Shown here one piece after another: positions 18,274 to 27,771 of a stretch of DNA of 64,000 nt. Below the pieces are notes generated by a model. The model saw only the letters and a list, made by a program, of their open reading frames with translations, ran no database searches and was not told where the DNA came from. The stretch covers positions 130,647-194,646 of the forward strand of contig JACROC010000007.1 in NCBI GenBank assembly GCA_016214655.1. Direction: 5' to 3'. This DNA is from Candidatus Harrisonbacteria bacterium. Lineage in GTDB: Bacteria; Patescibacteriota; Minisyncoccia; UBA6257; 02-FULL-45-10c. The translations under genes were made by a program, and so were the position numbers. The first letter of the stretch is position 1, and every line of letters starts with the position of its first letter.

Positions 18274-18396
18274 ATGGAAGACAATAAGCCGCAGCAGACG
18301 GGAACGAGAGTCGTGCCAGGACTCGCGTTCATCGGGGGCGTGTTTTTGACCCAAGCTGAGCTCAAGGAGGAGCTCGCGCGGAGGCGGGGCGAGTAA
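18274..18396 (+). CDS. Small GC-rich ORF (40 aa, single hydrophobic segment)
   Basis: MEDNKPQQTGTRVVPGLAFIGGVFLTQAELKEELARRRGE. GC content is far above its surroundings. G-rich SD-like stretch upstream, consensus promoter before it, hairpin terminator after it. Below the ORF-table length cutoff. Confidence 0.4.
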   Translation: MEDNKPQQTGTRVVPGLAFIGGVFLTQAELKEELARRRGE

Positions 18397-18431
18397 GCCC
18401 CAAAGCCCAACCGAAAGGTTGGGCTTGTTTT
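18397..18431 (+). terminator. Intrinsic terminator
   Basis: Hairpin aagcccaacc-gaaa-ggttgggctt followed by a T-run. Confidence 0.65.
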
Positions 18432-18677
18432 TTATTTCAATTTTTTATATAAATCTTGAAATACGTCCATTAAGGACACTAAGGCCCAGACAGAGTTGAG
18501 GATGAGAAATGGATAAGTTTTTAGAAGGAATGCATAGGTAACCAATAATAACCCGCCGATTAGATTAAATAAATCATAAATAACATCATCGTCTTTCCAG
18601 CGATGAGTTTGGTTGAAAATAAATGCGATGAGGATGAAGATTGCTCCGGTGGTTCCAACGAGTAGTTCGGTTTCCAT
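18432..18677 (-). CDS. Small hypothetical membrane protein (2 TM)
   Basis: 81-aa ORF with two hydrophobic helices. Confidence 0.4.
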   Translation of the reverse strand: METELLVGTTGAIFILIAFIFNQTHRWKDDDVIYDLFNLIGGLLLVTYAFLLKTYPFLILNSVWALVSLMDVFQDLYKKLK

Positions 18678-18761
18678 GCGTTTATAATTTTAGTATGCGG
18701 GAAATTTTACACGAAGGCAATTTCTAAAAAGAAACCCCGCCATTTGAGACGGGGAATTTTG

Positions 18762-19439
18762 TTAACTGAGAAATATTCTCCAAATCGTGTCTACGGATCC
18801 GTGGATGAAAATCGGCACCAGGATATTTCTGGATTTCATATAGGAAATTCCATAGACCAGTCCGGCAATGAACGCCATTCCGACGTACTGCCAGTTCGGG
18901 AAAGTGCTATTTCCAGAGAGGTGGGTATAAATAACTGCAAAAAGCGCAGTGCTGGTAAAAAGCGCGGGCCATTTATTAAAGTGTCTTTCCAGTAAATTAA
19001 AGATAATGCCGCGGAAAATTAATTCTTCGCTAGGGGCGACAAAAAGATAATATCCGATAGCGGTGGAAATTATGTGGTTCGGTTCAAGCCGGGGGTTGAA
19101 TTTTAAAAATCCAAGCAATAATCCTGCCGGAATCAGAATCTTAGTCAGGATTCCTAGCGAAAGTATCGCGATCAGCGCGCTTTTTTTAGAAAATTCAACT
19201 TTGCCAAGATTGATTTTTCGGCGGTGTATAAACCAAATGGAGAGCAGAATCAGGATTACTGCCGCTATATTATACGGATTTGCGACGGCGGTAGTGGCGA
19301 GATATTTTTGCCAATATCCCAAGTTGAATACCTGCCAGGAACTTAAAAGAAAAAGCGCATCCCAGTGATTAATTTTATAGGTGTCTTTAGATTTAAAAAT
19401 GGCAAAGACTGATATGGCAATACTTACCCAGAAGACCAT
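18762..19439 (-). CDS. CPBP-family intramembrane metalloprotease (CAAX protease / Abi-like)
   Basis: Motifs EELIFRG (EExxxR), FxxxH and a HGSVD-type motif within a polytopic membrane protein. Confidence 0.7.
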   Translation of the reverse strand: MVFWVSIAISVFAIFKSKDTYKINHWDALFLLSSWQVFNLGYWQKYLATTAVANPYNIAAVILILLSIWFIHRRKINLGKVEFSKKSALIAILSLGILTKILIPAGLLLGFLKFNPRLEPNHIISTAIGYYLFVAPSEELIFRGIIFNLLERHFNKWPALFTSTALFAVIYTHLSGNSTFPNWQYVGMAFIAGLVYGISYMKSRNILVPIFIHGSVDTIWRIFLS

Positions 19440-19515
19440 TTATTACCATTTCAAAGAGCGAATTCTTAAAAAGAGCTTAACTCAAGCAAGATGTTTTTTA
19501 CAAGTTAAAGCCGGG

Positions 19516-19600
19516 TGGTGCCCTCGAGAGGATTTGAACCTCTACTCCTTGCGGAACCAGCTCCTAAAGCTGGCGTGTCTGCCAATTTCACCACGAGGGC
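19516..19600 (-). tRNA. tRNA-Leu (anticodon UAG) with long variable arm and encoded 3' CCA
   Basis: Manual fold: acceptor gccctcg/cgagggc, anticodon stem ccagc/gctgg with loop ttTAGga, extra arm, T-stem agagg/cctct, then discriminator a + cca. Confidence 0.8.
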
Positions 19601-19748
19601 GTATACATATACTATTTATATTAAAAGAAAACGTCACCTTTGACAACACCATCATTTTATGCTATTTTATGGATAGTGTAAACTCCTGTTAATTCGCCTA
19701 AAGCGAATGCGGGATGAGCTTGAAATCTAAACAAAGGAGGTGGAAAGT

Positions 19749-20567
19749 ATGACTTGGTTGCTAGTGGTTGTGATTCTGGCGCTGATAGCCTGTTCGGTGG
19801 TTTCAACCCTTATGCAGGTGCCGGCATATACGGCTGTTTTATTGGAAAATAGAATTTCTGGATCAGTCCGTTCTATCGGACCGGGGATTCACTTCATATT
19901 TCCCTGGGAAAAGATTGTTCCAAATTCAGAAACGGTTATTAAAAAAAGCAGCCATTTGTTCCCGGCTGATTTTGAGACTAAGAATCACAAAGTCATTTCG
20001 TTGAAGGTTGCTTTTGATCTGATACCGGACGTGAATAATCTCAGAGGTTATATTGCTTTTGATGAAAGAACCAGAATAGCTGGAATTACAGAGAGAATAA
20101 AGTCTATTTTGAGCAACCTGATTAGGGAAATGAAGGATCGCGAAGAGGTTATGGCGAAGTTTAAGGAAATTGGTCCGAGGGTTAAAGATATTTTCGAGCA
20201 GACTTTATCCGAGGATGGGAAAAGACTGGAGTACTATTACGGGATTGATTTGAAGGTTCTGATGATTCCAGATGTTGAGCTTCCTAAGGAGTTGAAGGAG
20301 GCAAGCATTCGGCAGGAAGCTACAAAGAAAGATAACGAGACTCGAAAATTAGAGATGACTAATATGAAAAAGATGGCCATGGATTTAGTGAAGGCGTCTG
20401 GTGGCACGATGCCGCTTGAGGTTGCTATGGAAATTATGCAGTTGCAGTTTGGCAAGGGCAACGTGAAGAAAGAGCTTCATCGGTTCGGTTTGGATCGCGG
20501 AACGCAAGAGATGGTTCTGAAGTTTCTGGAAAAGATTCCGGAGCTGATCAATGCCTTCCGATCCTAA
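19749..20567 (+). CDS. SPFH/band-7 domain protein
   Basis: N-terminal TM then IGPGIHFIFPWEKI, which resembles the SPFH/HflK core. AAAGGAGGTG RBS 6 nt before the ATG at 19749. Confidence 0.55.
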   Translation: MTWLLVVVILALIACSVVSTLMQVPAYTAVLLENRISGSVRSIGPGIHFIFPWEKIVPNSETVIKKSSHLFPADFETKNHKVISLKVAFDLIPDVNNLRGYIAFDERTRIAGITERIKSILSNLIREMKDREEVMAKFKEIGPRVKDIFEQTLSEDGKRLEYYYGIDLKVLMIPDVELPKELKEASIRQEATKKDNETRKLEMTNMKKMAMDLVKASGGTMPLEVAMEIMQLQFGKGNVKKELHRFGLDRGTQEMVLKFLEKIPELINAFRS

Positions 20568-21003
20568 GCCGGTTTCGTCGATTAAGCCCTTTCGGGAAAG
20601 CCCGACTTTAAAGCTGGTTATAGCAATCTTGGTGGCTTTGCTGGTTATCTGCATATCCCGAGGACTGATATTTAATTGCGTTTCCGGGCTGACAACGAAT
20701 TTTGATCCATCAGTCTGTTCCGGCGCAGAAAATGTTAGGTTAGACGCCAATTTCAAAGAAAGAGAGATGCTAGTCCGAAAAGATTGTTTATCCGGTGAAA
20801 TCAGCTGGATTCAGCCGGAAGGATTTTCTTTGATGATTGATAAGCGCGGAGACATCCGGTATTATGTTTCGGCTGGAGGCAGATTGCTTGGACCGTTTAA
20901 GTCCCTTAAGGATGCCGACAATCATTATAAGATTGGTCCAGCTGACAATCTTAGGATTATTGGCTATGACGGAACAGCTACTTTGAGATTAGAGAAGATT
21001 TGA
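20551..21003 (+). CDS. Hypothetical membrane-anchored protein, overlapping and probably translationally coupled to the SPFH gene
   Basis: 150-aa ORF whose start overlaps the SPFH stop. N-terminal TM helix. Confidence 0.45.
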   Translation: MPSDPKPVSSIKPFRESPTLKLVIAILVALLVICISRGLIFNCVSGLTTNFDPSVCSGAENVRLDANFKEREMLVRKDCLSGEISWIQPEGFSLMIDKRGDIRYYVSAGGRLLGPFKSLKDADNHYKIGPADNLRIIGYDGTATLRLEKI

Positions 21004-21007
21004 TTAT

Positions 21008-21050
21008 TTAAAAAAACAAAAACCCGCGAAGTAATTCGCGGGTTTTTTCA
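21008..21050. terminator. Bidirectional intrinsic terminator
   Basis: Hairpin cccgcgaagtaattcgcggg flanked by an A-run and T-run, between convergent genes. Confidence 0.65.
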
Positions 21051-21051
21051 T

Positions 21052-21435
21052 TTATCTTCCACTTGTTTGTAAGAAATTTGCTATGATAGCGGTGGCGCTA
21101 TAAGCCGCTAAGCCAATTACAATAGCGATAATTGAGTAGATTAATTGATTTTTGGCTTTACTAACCTGTTCAGCTTCTCCGCCCGCAGTCAGGTAAAGAT
21201 AGCCCGCATACAACATGAAGACAATTGCTAGACTGAAAAATACTATTCCAGCCGTATTGGTAAATTGTCTAACAATATTCTCAACTGTCGTGAAAGAAAT
21301 TGCACTCGGAGGTAATTGTCCTGTTCCCGCTTCACCGGGCACCTGAAATCCTCCTCCTCCTACTGCCAATGCAGTGCTAACCAAGGCCAGATTTAATAGA
21401 GTTACGCCCGAGACCATTTTTATTAAATTTTTCAT
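21052..21435 (-). CDS. Pilin-like small secreted protein with VirB2/TrbC-type topology, paralog 1
   Basis: Signal peptide, then two hydrophobic helices separated by a conserved charged loop TAGGEAEQVSKAKNQ. This is one of four tandem paralogs. Confidence 0.5.
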   Translation of the reverse strand: MKNLIKMVSGVTLLNLALVSTALAVGGGGFQVPGEAGTGQLPPSAISFTTVENIVRQFTNTAGIVFFSLAIVFMLYAGYLYLTAGGEAEQVSKAKNQLIYSIIAIVIGLAAYSATAIIANFLQTSGR

Positions 21436-21553
21436 ATTTTTTTTAAAACAATTAAGTAATTACGTATTTTACTGAATTGCTTATTATTTTATTTTTTGAT
21501 GCTTCGACCTTTCCGGAACTTATTTTAATTATATAATAATTATAACACAATCA

Positions 21554-21868
21554 TTATACACCAAGTAAATTCCTGACAATATATATTATGCCGGTAGCAG
21601 AAAGTAAAAGTACGGCAGCAATGATGGTCCAAGTGACAATGCGCCTTCCTTTAGTGATTTTTTCCGTATCGCCGCCCGCAGACATAATCTGAAAAGCTCC
21701 CCAAAGAAGCATTAGGGTAATGATGGGCGTCCCGATTCTTAATAGCCAGCCGCTGATTTGGTTTATAATTTGGCTGACATCTTCGGTGCCAAGCGGATTT
21801 TTAACTGTAAAACTTACTGAAGAAAATAATAAAGTTTGAAATGAAATTTTTTTAAAAATATTTTTCAT
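21554..21868 (-). CDS. Pilin-like small protein (VirB2/TrbC-type topology), paralog 2
   Basis: Signal peptide; loop motif SAGGDTEKITKGRR between two TM helices. Confidence 0.5.
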   Translation of the reverse strand: MKNIFKKISFQTLLFSSVSFTVKNPLGTEDVSQIINQISGWLLRIGTPIITLMLLWGAFQIMSAGGDTEKITKGRRIVTWTIIAAVLLLSATGIIYIVRNLLGV

Positions 21869-21876
21869 AAAATCTC

Positions 21877-22278
21877 TTATTTGCCGCTCAGCACGTTTTT
21901 AATGATTAAATTTATGCCAGCCGCCACCAGCAAAAGGAGGTAGCCGACAATGGCCCAGGTGATAGTGCGCCGGCCTTTGGAAATTTGCTCTTCATTGCCG
22001 GCGGCGGTCAGGATTTGCAACGCGCCCCAAATAATCATTAAGGTCAGCATGGCGGTTCCCAGCCAGAGCAGAAATTCGCCGATTCTGGCGAAAAGTTTGG
22101 TGATGTCGGTTCCGGTACCGAGCGGATTTGGAAGGTCGTATGTCCTATTTGCGTCCCTTGTTAATATATCAGTCCCCCCGGCAGTTTTTTGAATCGTATC
22201 TCCATTAACTTCTAACGGATTTATTAAAAGCGGAGCTAGTAGTAACAACAGAAAAATTGTAAATATTTTTTTACTCAT
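21877..22278 (-). CDS. Pilin-like small protein (VirB2/TrbC-type topology), paralog 3
   Basis: Signal peptide; loop motif TAAGNEEQISKGRR between two TM helices. Confidence 0.5.
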   Translation of the reverse strand: MSKKIFTIFLLLLLAPLLINPLEVNGDTIQKTAGGTDILTRDANRTYDLPNPLGTGTDITKLFARIGEFLLWLGTAMLTLMIIWGALQILTAAGNEEQISKGRRTITWAIVGYLLLLVAAGINLIIKNVLSGK

Positions 22279-22283
22279 TTATT

Positions 22284-22700
22284 TTAAGATGATTCTACTT
22301 GGCAGGTTATTTGGCTCCAGGGCCTGATTGATTTTGAGTCGGTTAAGTAGCGGAGTAGTCCGCCGACAAAGATCCAGGATACTAACATGATAATCAGTCC
22401 GGTTACGGTAATGGTAATAACCTGCTTCCCTTTGGTTATTCTTTCTTCTGATCCGCCGGCAGTCATAATCAGGAATCCGCCCCAGGCAAAAAATACTCCG
22501 CCGAGCGCTATGGCCAGATCCCTCATTAGTTCCGTAATATTATTAGCTAAGACTAGAAGCTGGCAGAGGTCGCATTCCGGCACTGGCCGGCCGGGACCGC
22601 AGGGAACCAGCGGTTCTCTTGCCAGAACAAAGTCGTTGGAAATTATTAATAAAAAAATGGAAATTATCACCCAATAATATATTTTGTTTTTCGTATTCAC
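22284..22700 (-). CDS. Pilin-like small protein (VirB2/TrbC-type topology), paralog 4, with a Cys-rich insert
   Basis: Signal peptide, CGPGRPVPECDLC segment, loop motif TAGGSEERITKGKQ between two TM helices. Confidence 0.5.
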   Translation of the reverse strand: MNTKNKIYYWVIISIFLLIISNDFVLAREPLVPCGPGRPVPECDLCQLLVLANNITELMRDLAIALGGVFFAWGGFLIMTAGGSEERITKGKQVITITVTGLIIMLVSWIFVGGLLRYLTDSKSIRPWSQITCQVESS

Positions 22701-22704
22701 ACCT

Positions 22705-24015
22705 TTATTTCCCTCGTTGCATTAATTCGGTGACCTGTTTTTCTCCTTGTGATAATGCCTCCAGTGGTTTTAATTTGCCGGATACCACTGCCCCGATCAT
22801 TCCGGAAAAGATTTGGTCTATTGGTTCTTTATCTATGCGCGGCCAGGATTTGGCGGACAGAGCTTGTTTTACAAAAACTCCCAGTTCTGGATGATTTGCG
22901 TATTTTTGAATTAGAGATCGGAGCGCCGGCGGATTATCAGAGGCAATAAGATAATCTTCAGCCGCTTTTTCATAAGTAGTCAAAAATAGTACCAGATTCC
23001 AGGCCCAATCTGGATTTTGGCTGTTGTTAGTTACGGCCAGTCCCCAATAATCCGGATAGTTCACCGCTTTTTCGGTAGTAGAAGGCTGCGGCATAGCGGC
23101 TACCCGGAAATTTAAAAATGGATTTTTGGCCAGGATAGTTTTTCTTTGGGAAGCATAATTGAAAATCATCGCTAGGTTGCCCTTGGCAAAGCTGTTCAAT
23201 GAATATTCCTGATCATCGTTCCAGGTATAAGCCAGATCCTTGGAGTTGCTGAATTTAGTATAGAAATTCAAGCCGTCTAAACCGGCGTTGCGTCCCTCAA
23301 CATTGCCAGTGAAAGTTGCCTCGGTAAATTCTTCATTGGTCATTTTAGTTCCGGCTTGTAAGAGAAGAAGCATCAGCAGGTCCGAAGCTTTATCCATGGA
23401 ATTATTTGAACCGCCAATGGCTGCGGCCGGTTTGACCAGGTTTCCAAGGGAGTCCAGGCGCCTTAATTTATCAACGATATTCTGAAAATCCAGCCAATCC
23501 TGCGGTTCCAGCGCTATGCCATTTTTATCAAAAATGTCTCTGTTATAAAATAGCGCCAAGGTATCTATATATAATGGAAGCGCGTATATTTTCCCCAATG
23601 AGGAAAAATCCTCTTTTATAACTCCCGGAAATAGGTTATCTAGATCGATGACGGAAATTTGATCTTCTTTGGCTGGAATAATTTTGTCAGAATGTTTTGG
23701 CAGCCAGGAGCTGTGAAATGAGACAATATCCGGACCTTTTTTGGTGGCGAGGGCGTTAATTAGGTCGATTTCCAGGGTTTCGGGATCTACTTTTTTGTAA
23801 TCAACTGTGATATTGGGCTGAAATTGCTTATAAAGTTTGAAATTATTTTCAAACCAGCTTGGGTCATCAACCCCCCAAATAGTTAAAGTAATTCTGGGCG
23901 GCGCTTCTGGAATCACCTTAAGTCCCGGGATAATGCCGGTGAAAACTCCGACAAAAAATAAAACTACAACGAGAACGGCGGCTATAACTACAAGTTGCGG
24001 GCGGGAAAGTTCCAT
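22705..24015 (-). CDS. Extracellular solute-binding protein (ABC-type SBP family 1, MalE-like), membrane-anchored
   Basis: N-terminal TM anchor and sugar-type SBP fold features. No permease or ATPase genes adjacent. Confidence 0.6.
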   Translation of the reverse strand: MELSRPQLVVIAAVLVVVLFFVGVFTGIIPGLKVIPEAPPRITLTIWGVDDPSWFENNFKLYKQFQPNITVDYKKVDPETLEIDLINALATKKGPDIVSFHSSWLPKHSDKIIPAKEDQISVIDLDNLFPGVIKEDFSSLGKIYALPLYIDTLALFYNRDIFDKNGIALEPQDWLDFQNIVDKLRRLDSLGNLVKPAAAIGGSNNSMDKASDLLMLLLLQAGTKMTNEEFTEATFTGNVEGRNAGLDGLNFYTKFSNSKDLAYTWNDDQEYSLNSFAKGNLAMIFNYASQRKTILAKNPFLNFRVAAMPQPSTTEKAVNYPDYWGLAVTNNSQNPDWAWNLVLFLTTYEKAAEDYLIASDNPPALRSLIQKYANHPELGVFVKQALSAKSWPRIDKEPIDQIFSGMIGAVVSGKLKPLEALSQGEKQVTELMQRGK

Positions 24016-24046
24016 AATTTAATTATACAACAATAAGTCTTATTGG

Positions 24047-26503
24047 TTATAAACAGATCACTCCCATTACTTTGTCGCCGGAAGCGACGTTCATGATGCG
24101 GACGCCTTGAGTGGCGCGACCGCTTGAGCGGATACTTTCCAATTGGGTCCGGATAATTTGTCCTTTAGCAGAAAGAGCTAAAACCTCTTTTTCTTCGTTG
24201 ATTATTAAAGAGGCGATGACTGATCCGGTTTTCGGCGTAACTTTAGCAGTTTTGATGCCTGATCCGCCCCGTCCTTGCACTTTATATTCCGAAAGCGGAG
24301 TTTTCTTTCCGAAGCCGTTGGCCATGACCGCCAGAAGCTGGCCCTTTTCATTTTCTTTAGTGACGATATTGAGGGCGACTACGGAATCGCTTTTTTTAAG
24401 CCGGATGCCCCGGACGCCGGAGGCAGTCCGGCCCATCGGGCGTATTTGTGATTCTTTAAAGCGGATGGCTTGGCCGTTGGCAGTGGAAAGGGCGATTTGA
24501 TCATTGCCTGAAGAAAGCCGAACCCACTGGAGCGAATCCCCCTTTTTGAGTTTGATGGCGATGATGCCGCTGCGGCGGACATTGGAAAAATCTCCCAGAG
24601 CGGTTTTTTTAATGACGCCATTTTTTGTAACCATAACCAGATATCCCGGGAGTGATTTTTTTTCGCCTGGATAAGCAATAATGGCATTTACTTTTTCTTC
24701 AAGAGGAATTTCCAGGAAATTATGGAAAGCCTTGCCTTTAGCGATTCGGCTGGCTTCCGGGATTTCGTAAACTTTAGTCTGGAAAACCCGCCCGCGTTCA
24801 GTGAAGAACAGTATATTGTCATGAGTGTTGGATGTCATGAAGTGGCTGAGAAAGTCTTCCTCGCCAACATCGGAACCAATTAATCCCTTCCCGCCTCTTT
24901 TTTGGGATTTAAAACTGGACGGCGGGACTCTTTTGATGTAGCCGCTCCGGGACATGGTAATAATGGTTTCTTCTTTTGGTACCAGATCTTCTTCTTTAAA
25001 TTCTTTGAGACCGCCGGAAACTAATTTGGTTTTTCTCTGATCGCCGTATTTTTCTTTCATTTCTTTCAGTTCGTCTCTGATGACTTTCAGAATTTTCGCC
25101 GGGCTCTTCAGTAGGGCCTGCAACTCCTCAATTAATTTTTTCTTTTCTTTAAGTTCGTCCTCGATTTTTTGTCTTTCCAGTGAAGCGAGGGTTTGCAGTT
25201 TCATTTCCAAAATCGCAGTGGCCTGGATATCGGTGAATTTGAATTTAGCAACTAAGTTTTTGTGGGCATCTTCACGGTCTTTAGATTTTTTGATGGCAGT
25301 GATTACCGCATCGATGTTGCCGAGCGCTTTATGTAAACCCATTAAAATATGAGCGCGTTCCTCGGCTTTTTTCAGGTCGAACTCCGCCCGTCGGCGGACA
25401 ATCTCTTTCCGGTGTTCAATATAGGCGAGCAGAATATCTTTCAGGGACATTACTTCCGGCTGAAGGCCGTTTCTAGTCAGGGCAATCATATTCAGATTAA
25501 AATTTTTCTGAAGATCAGTGAATTGGAATAATTGGTTTAGAACTTTTTGCGGCGCCGCGTCATTTTTAAGTTCAATGACAATGCGCAGGCCATCTTTATC
25601 GGATTCATCACGCACGTCGCGCACGCCTTGAATTTTTTTCTCAGTTATCAGTTCGGCGATTCTGATAATTAACTCTGATTTATTAACCTGATACGGAATT
25701 TCAGTTATTTCGACGTCGTATTGATCTTTTTTTCTTTCGGTCACTTCGGTTCTGGCCCGGCAGGTGATAGCTCCGTGGCCAGAAGCGTAAGCTTCGTTAA
25801 TAGCTTTTTTGTCATAGATAATGCCGCCAGTCGGAAAATCCGGACCTTGAATTAATTCCATTATTTCTTCGGTGGTGGCTTTTGGATCCTCGATTAATTT
25901 CGCAGTTGCATCAACTAATTCGCTTAAATTGTGGGGCGGAATATTGGTAGCCATACCAACGGCAATGCCAACAGTGCCATTGAGTAAAAGATTGGGAACT
26001 TTGGCTGGTAAAACTTTGGGCTCCTGGCGGCTGCCGTCGTAGTTCGGAGACCAGTCCACGGTTTCTTTTTCGCTATCCACCAGCATTTCTTCGGCGATTT
26101 TGGAAAGCCGGGCTTCGGTGTACCGGTAAGCGGCCGCGGAATCGCCGTCAATACTGCCGAAGTTTCCTTGTCCGTCAACCAGCGGATAACGGAGCGAAAA
26201 TTCCTGGGCCATGCGCACCATGGCTTCGTATACCGAAGAATCGCCGTGCGGGTGGTATTTACCAAGCACTTCACCGACGATATTAGCTGATTTTTTGAAT
26301 TTAGCCGCGTGGGTAAGCCCGCTGTCCCACATTGCCCAAAGGATTCTTCTTTGCACCGGCTTTAATCCATCGCGGACATCCGGGAGGGCGCGGGAAACAA
26401 TGACTGACATTGCGTAGTCCAGGTAGGATTCTTGAAGTTCTTCGGTTATTTCCCTTTTTTCCAAGCCGCTATCATTAAGTTTGAGTTTTTCTTCTTTGGC
26501 CAT
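24047..26503 (-). CDS. gyrA: DNA gyrase subunit A
   Basis: N-terminal [19 protein letters not shown], catalytic-Tyr region, C-terminal beta-pinwheel repeats. 818 aa. Confidence 0.9.
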   Translation of the reverse strand: MAKEEKLKLNDSGLEKREITEELQESYLDYAMSVIVSRALPDVRDGLKPVQRRILWAMWDSGLTHAAKFKKSANIVGEVLGKYHPHGDSSVYEAMVRMAQEFSLRYPLVDGQGNFGSIDGDSAAAYRYTEARLSKIAEEMLVDSEKETVDWSPNYDGSRQEPKVLPAKVPNLLLNGTVGIAVGMATNIPPHNLSELVDATAKLIEDPKATTEEIMELIQGPDFPTGGIIYDKKAINEAYASGHGAITCRARTEVTERKKDQYDVEITEIPYQVNKSELIIRIAELITEKKIQGVRDVRDESDKDGLRIVIELKNDAAPQKVLNQLFQFTDLQKNFNLNMIALTRNGLQPEVMSLKDILLAYIEHRKEIVRRRAEFDLKKAEERAHILMGLHKALGNIDAVITAIKKSKDREDAHKNLVAKFKFTDIQATAILEMKLQTLASLERQKIEDELKEKKKLIEELQALLKSPAKILKVIRDELKEMKEKYGDQRKTKLVSGGLKEFKEEDLVPKEETIITMSRSGYIKRVPPSSFKSQKRGGKGLIGSDVGEEDFLSHFMTSNTHDNILFFTERGRVFQTKVYEIPEASRIAKGKAFHNFLEIPLEEKVNAIIAYPGEKKSLPGYLVMVTKNGVIKKTALGDFSNVRRSGIIAIKLKKGDSLQWVRLSSGNDQIALSTANGQAIRFKESQIRPMGRTASGVRGIRLKKSDSVVALNIVTKENEKGQLLAVMANGFGKKTPLSEYKVQGRGGSGIKTAKVTPKTGSVIASLIINEEKEVLALSAKGQIIRTQLESIRSSGRATQGVRIMNVASGDKVMGVICL

Positions 26504-26513
26504 GGTTGATTAT

Positions 26514-26849
26514 CTATTTATTTTTATTAGTCGCCGGACTTGCTCCTTGGATGGTGATAGAATTAGTCTGGTTGGCTAGTTCTTGAAGCGAGGCCATTAA
26601 TTCACTGAATTTTGACCCCACTTCTTTGGAAGTTATTTCCAGGCCGTTTTTCATAGTTTCCATAAATCCTGGCCCGTTATTATTTTTTTCTTTTTCGTTG
26701 AGGCCCCGGACGGTGAGATTAATATAAACGATCCAAAGCGGAATTATTATTAACATAGTCCCGGAGCTTAAGATCATTAGCCAGCGTTTTTTAGCGGTCT
26801 CGTCTTTTTGCCGAAGATCGAGAAAAAAATTTTGGATTTTTTGTAACAT
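26514..26849 (-). CDS. Hypothetical small membrane protein
   Basis: 111-aa ORF with one TM helix. Confidence 0.4.
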   Translation of the reverse strand: MLQKIQNFFLDLRQKDETAKKRWLMILSSGTMLIIIPLWIVYINLTVRGLNEKEKNNNGPGFMETMKNGLEITSKEVGSKFSELMASLQELANQTNSITIQGASPATNKNK

Positions 26850-26883
26850 ATAAGTCTAATAAGTCCTATTAATCCGATGGAAT

Positions 26884-27504
26884 TTATATTTTGAGTACGA
26901 CTAGCTTCGTCCCTTTTTGTTCCATCACCTCTTTTTTTCTAATGGTCAACTTTTCTGATACTTCCGGTTTTTGTCCCATTTCTTCGGCTAGAGATTTCCA
27001 ATCCGGACCCGTTCTTTTCAGGCCGGGAACTTTGAAAAAGGCGGCCATGACAATTTTCGGGCCGAGCTGTTTTATGAGCTTCGCCGCTTTTTCTTGTGAA
27101 ATAAAAGGTTTTCCGCCGCCAGGAATAAAAATTATATCCGCGCCTTGAAGATTCTGCATTGCTTCGGCAGAAAGTTCATCGCTAAGGTGCCCCAGCAGGC
27201 CTAGCTTGATATCTTCGGCGGTAATTTTGTAAGCAGTTTTAAAAAATTTTTCAGAGGATTCTTTTTGCTGGGGAAAGCCAGTGATTTCTATGCTTTGAAT
27301 TTCGTATTCGCCGGCACCAGAGATATATTGGCTTTCGTCGGATTTTTCTATTTCCATTGGCCAAGGAGTCAGAGTCCTCAAAACCACTTCATTTTTGCCG
27401 CGGGCTGGAGTAAGTCCGGTGCTGGATTCAAACGGATCTGTTAATAAAGTAAGGCCGCCTGTTTGAATCTTGAAGCAGCCTTCTCCGTACCAATTTATAA
27501 TCAT
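26884..27504 (-). CDS. MBL-fold metal-dependent hydrolase-like protein (UPF0173-like)
   Basis: MIINWYGEGCFKIQTGGLTLLTDPF resembles the N-terminus of small MBL-fold hydrolases. Canonical His motifs are not clear. Confidence 0.45.
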   Translation of the reverse strand: MIINWYGEGCFKIQTGGLTLLTDPFESSTGLTPARGKNEVVLRTLTPWPMEIEKSDESQYISGAGEYEIQSIEITGFPQQKESSEKFFKTAYKITAEDIKLGLLGHLSDELSAEAMQNLQGADIIFIPGGGKPFISQEKAAKLIKQLGPKIVMAAFFKVPGLKRTGPDWKSLAEEMGQKPEVSEKLTIRKKEVMEQKGTKLVVLKI

Positions 27505-27628
27505 ACCTAATAAATTTTAGCAGTTTTAGGGTCTATATTCAATAGCAGTTGCAAATTTTTTTATCGTAGATTATCATTTTATGATGTTGCTGGTTATTAA
27601 TCGCTAGTGGCTAGTCGCTGATAATTAT

Positions 27629-27771
27629 GCCCGGTAGCTACAACTGCGATAGGATTAACCCAAGTTATCATGGCTAATTAGAAAATTATGTATAATCTAA
27701 AGGTCAAAATTAAACTTTACTGCGGCGAGTTAATCAATAACTTGCAATCGCAGTTGTAGCACCGGGTATGC
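27629..27771 (+). promoter_or_regulatory. Long-range inverted repeat (about 22-25 bp stem, about 90-nt loop) whose 3' arm contains the rpsA start codon
   Basis: gcccggtagctacaactgcgat (27629-27650) pairs with atcgcagttgtagcaccgggtatgc (27747-27771) with one bulge. The ATG of the S1 gene lies inside the 3' arm. Confidence 0.5.

Noticed and set aside
18744-19368. ORFs 18744..18995(+) and 19063..19368(+) antisense to the CPBP protease gene
   Set aside because: The CPBP gene on the minus strand has diagnostic motifs. The plus-strand frames do not.
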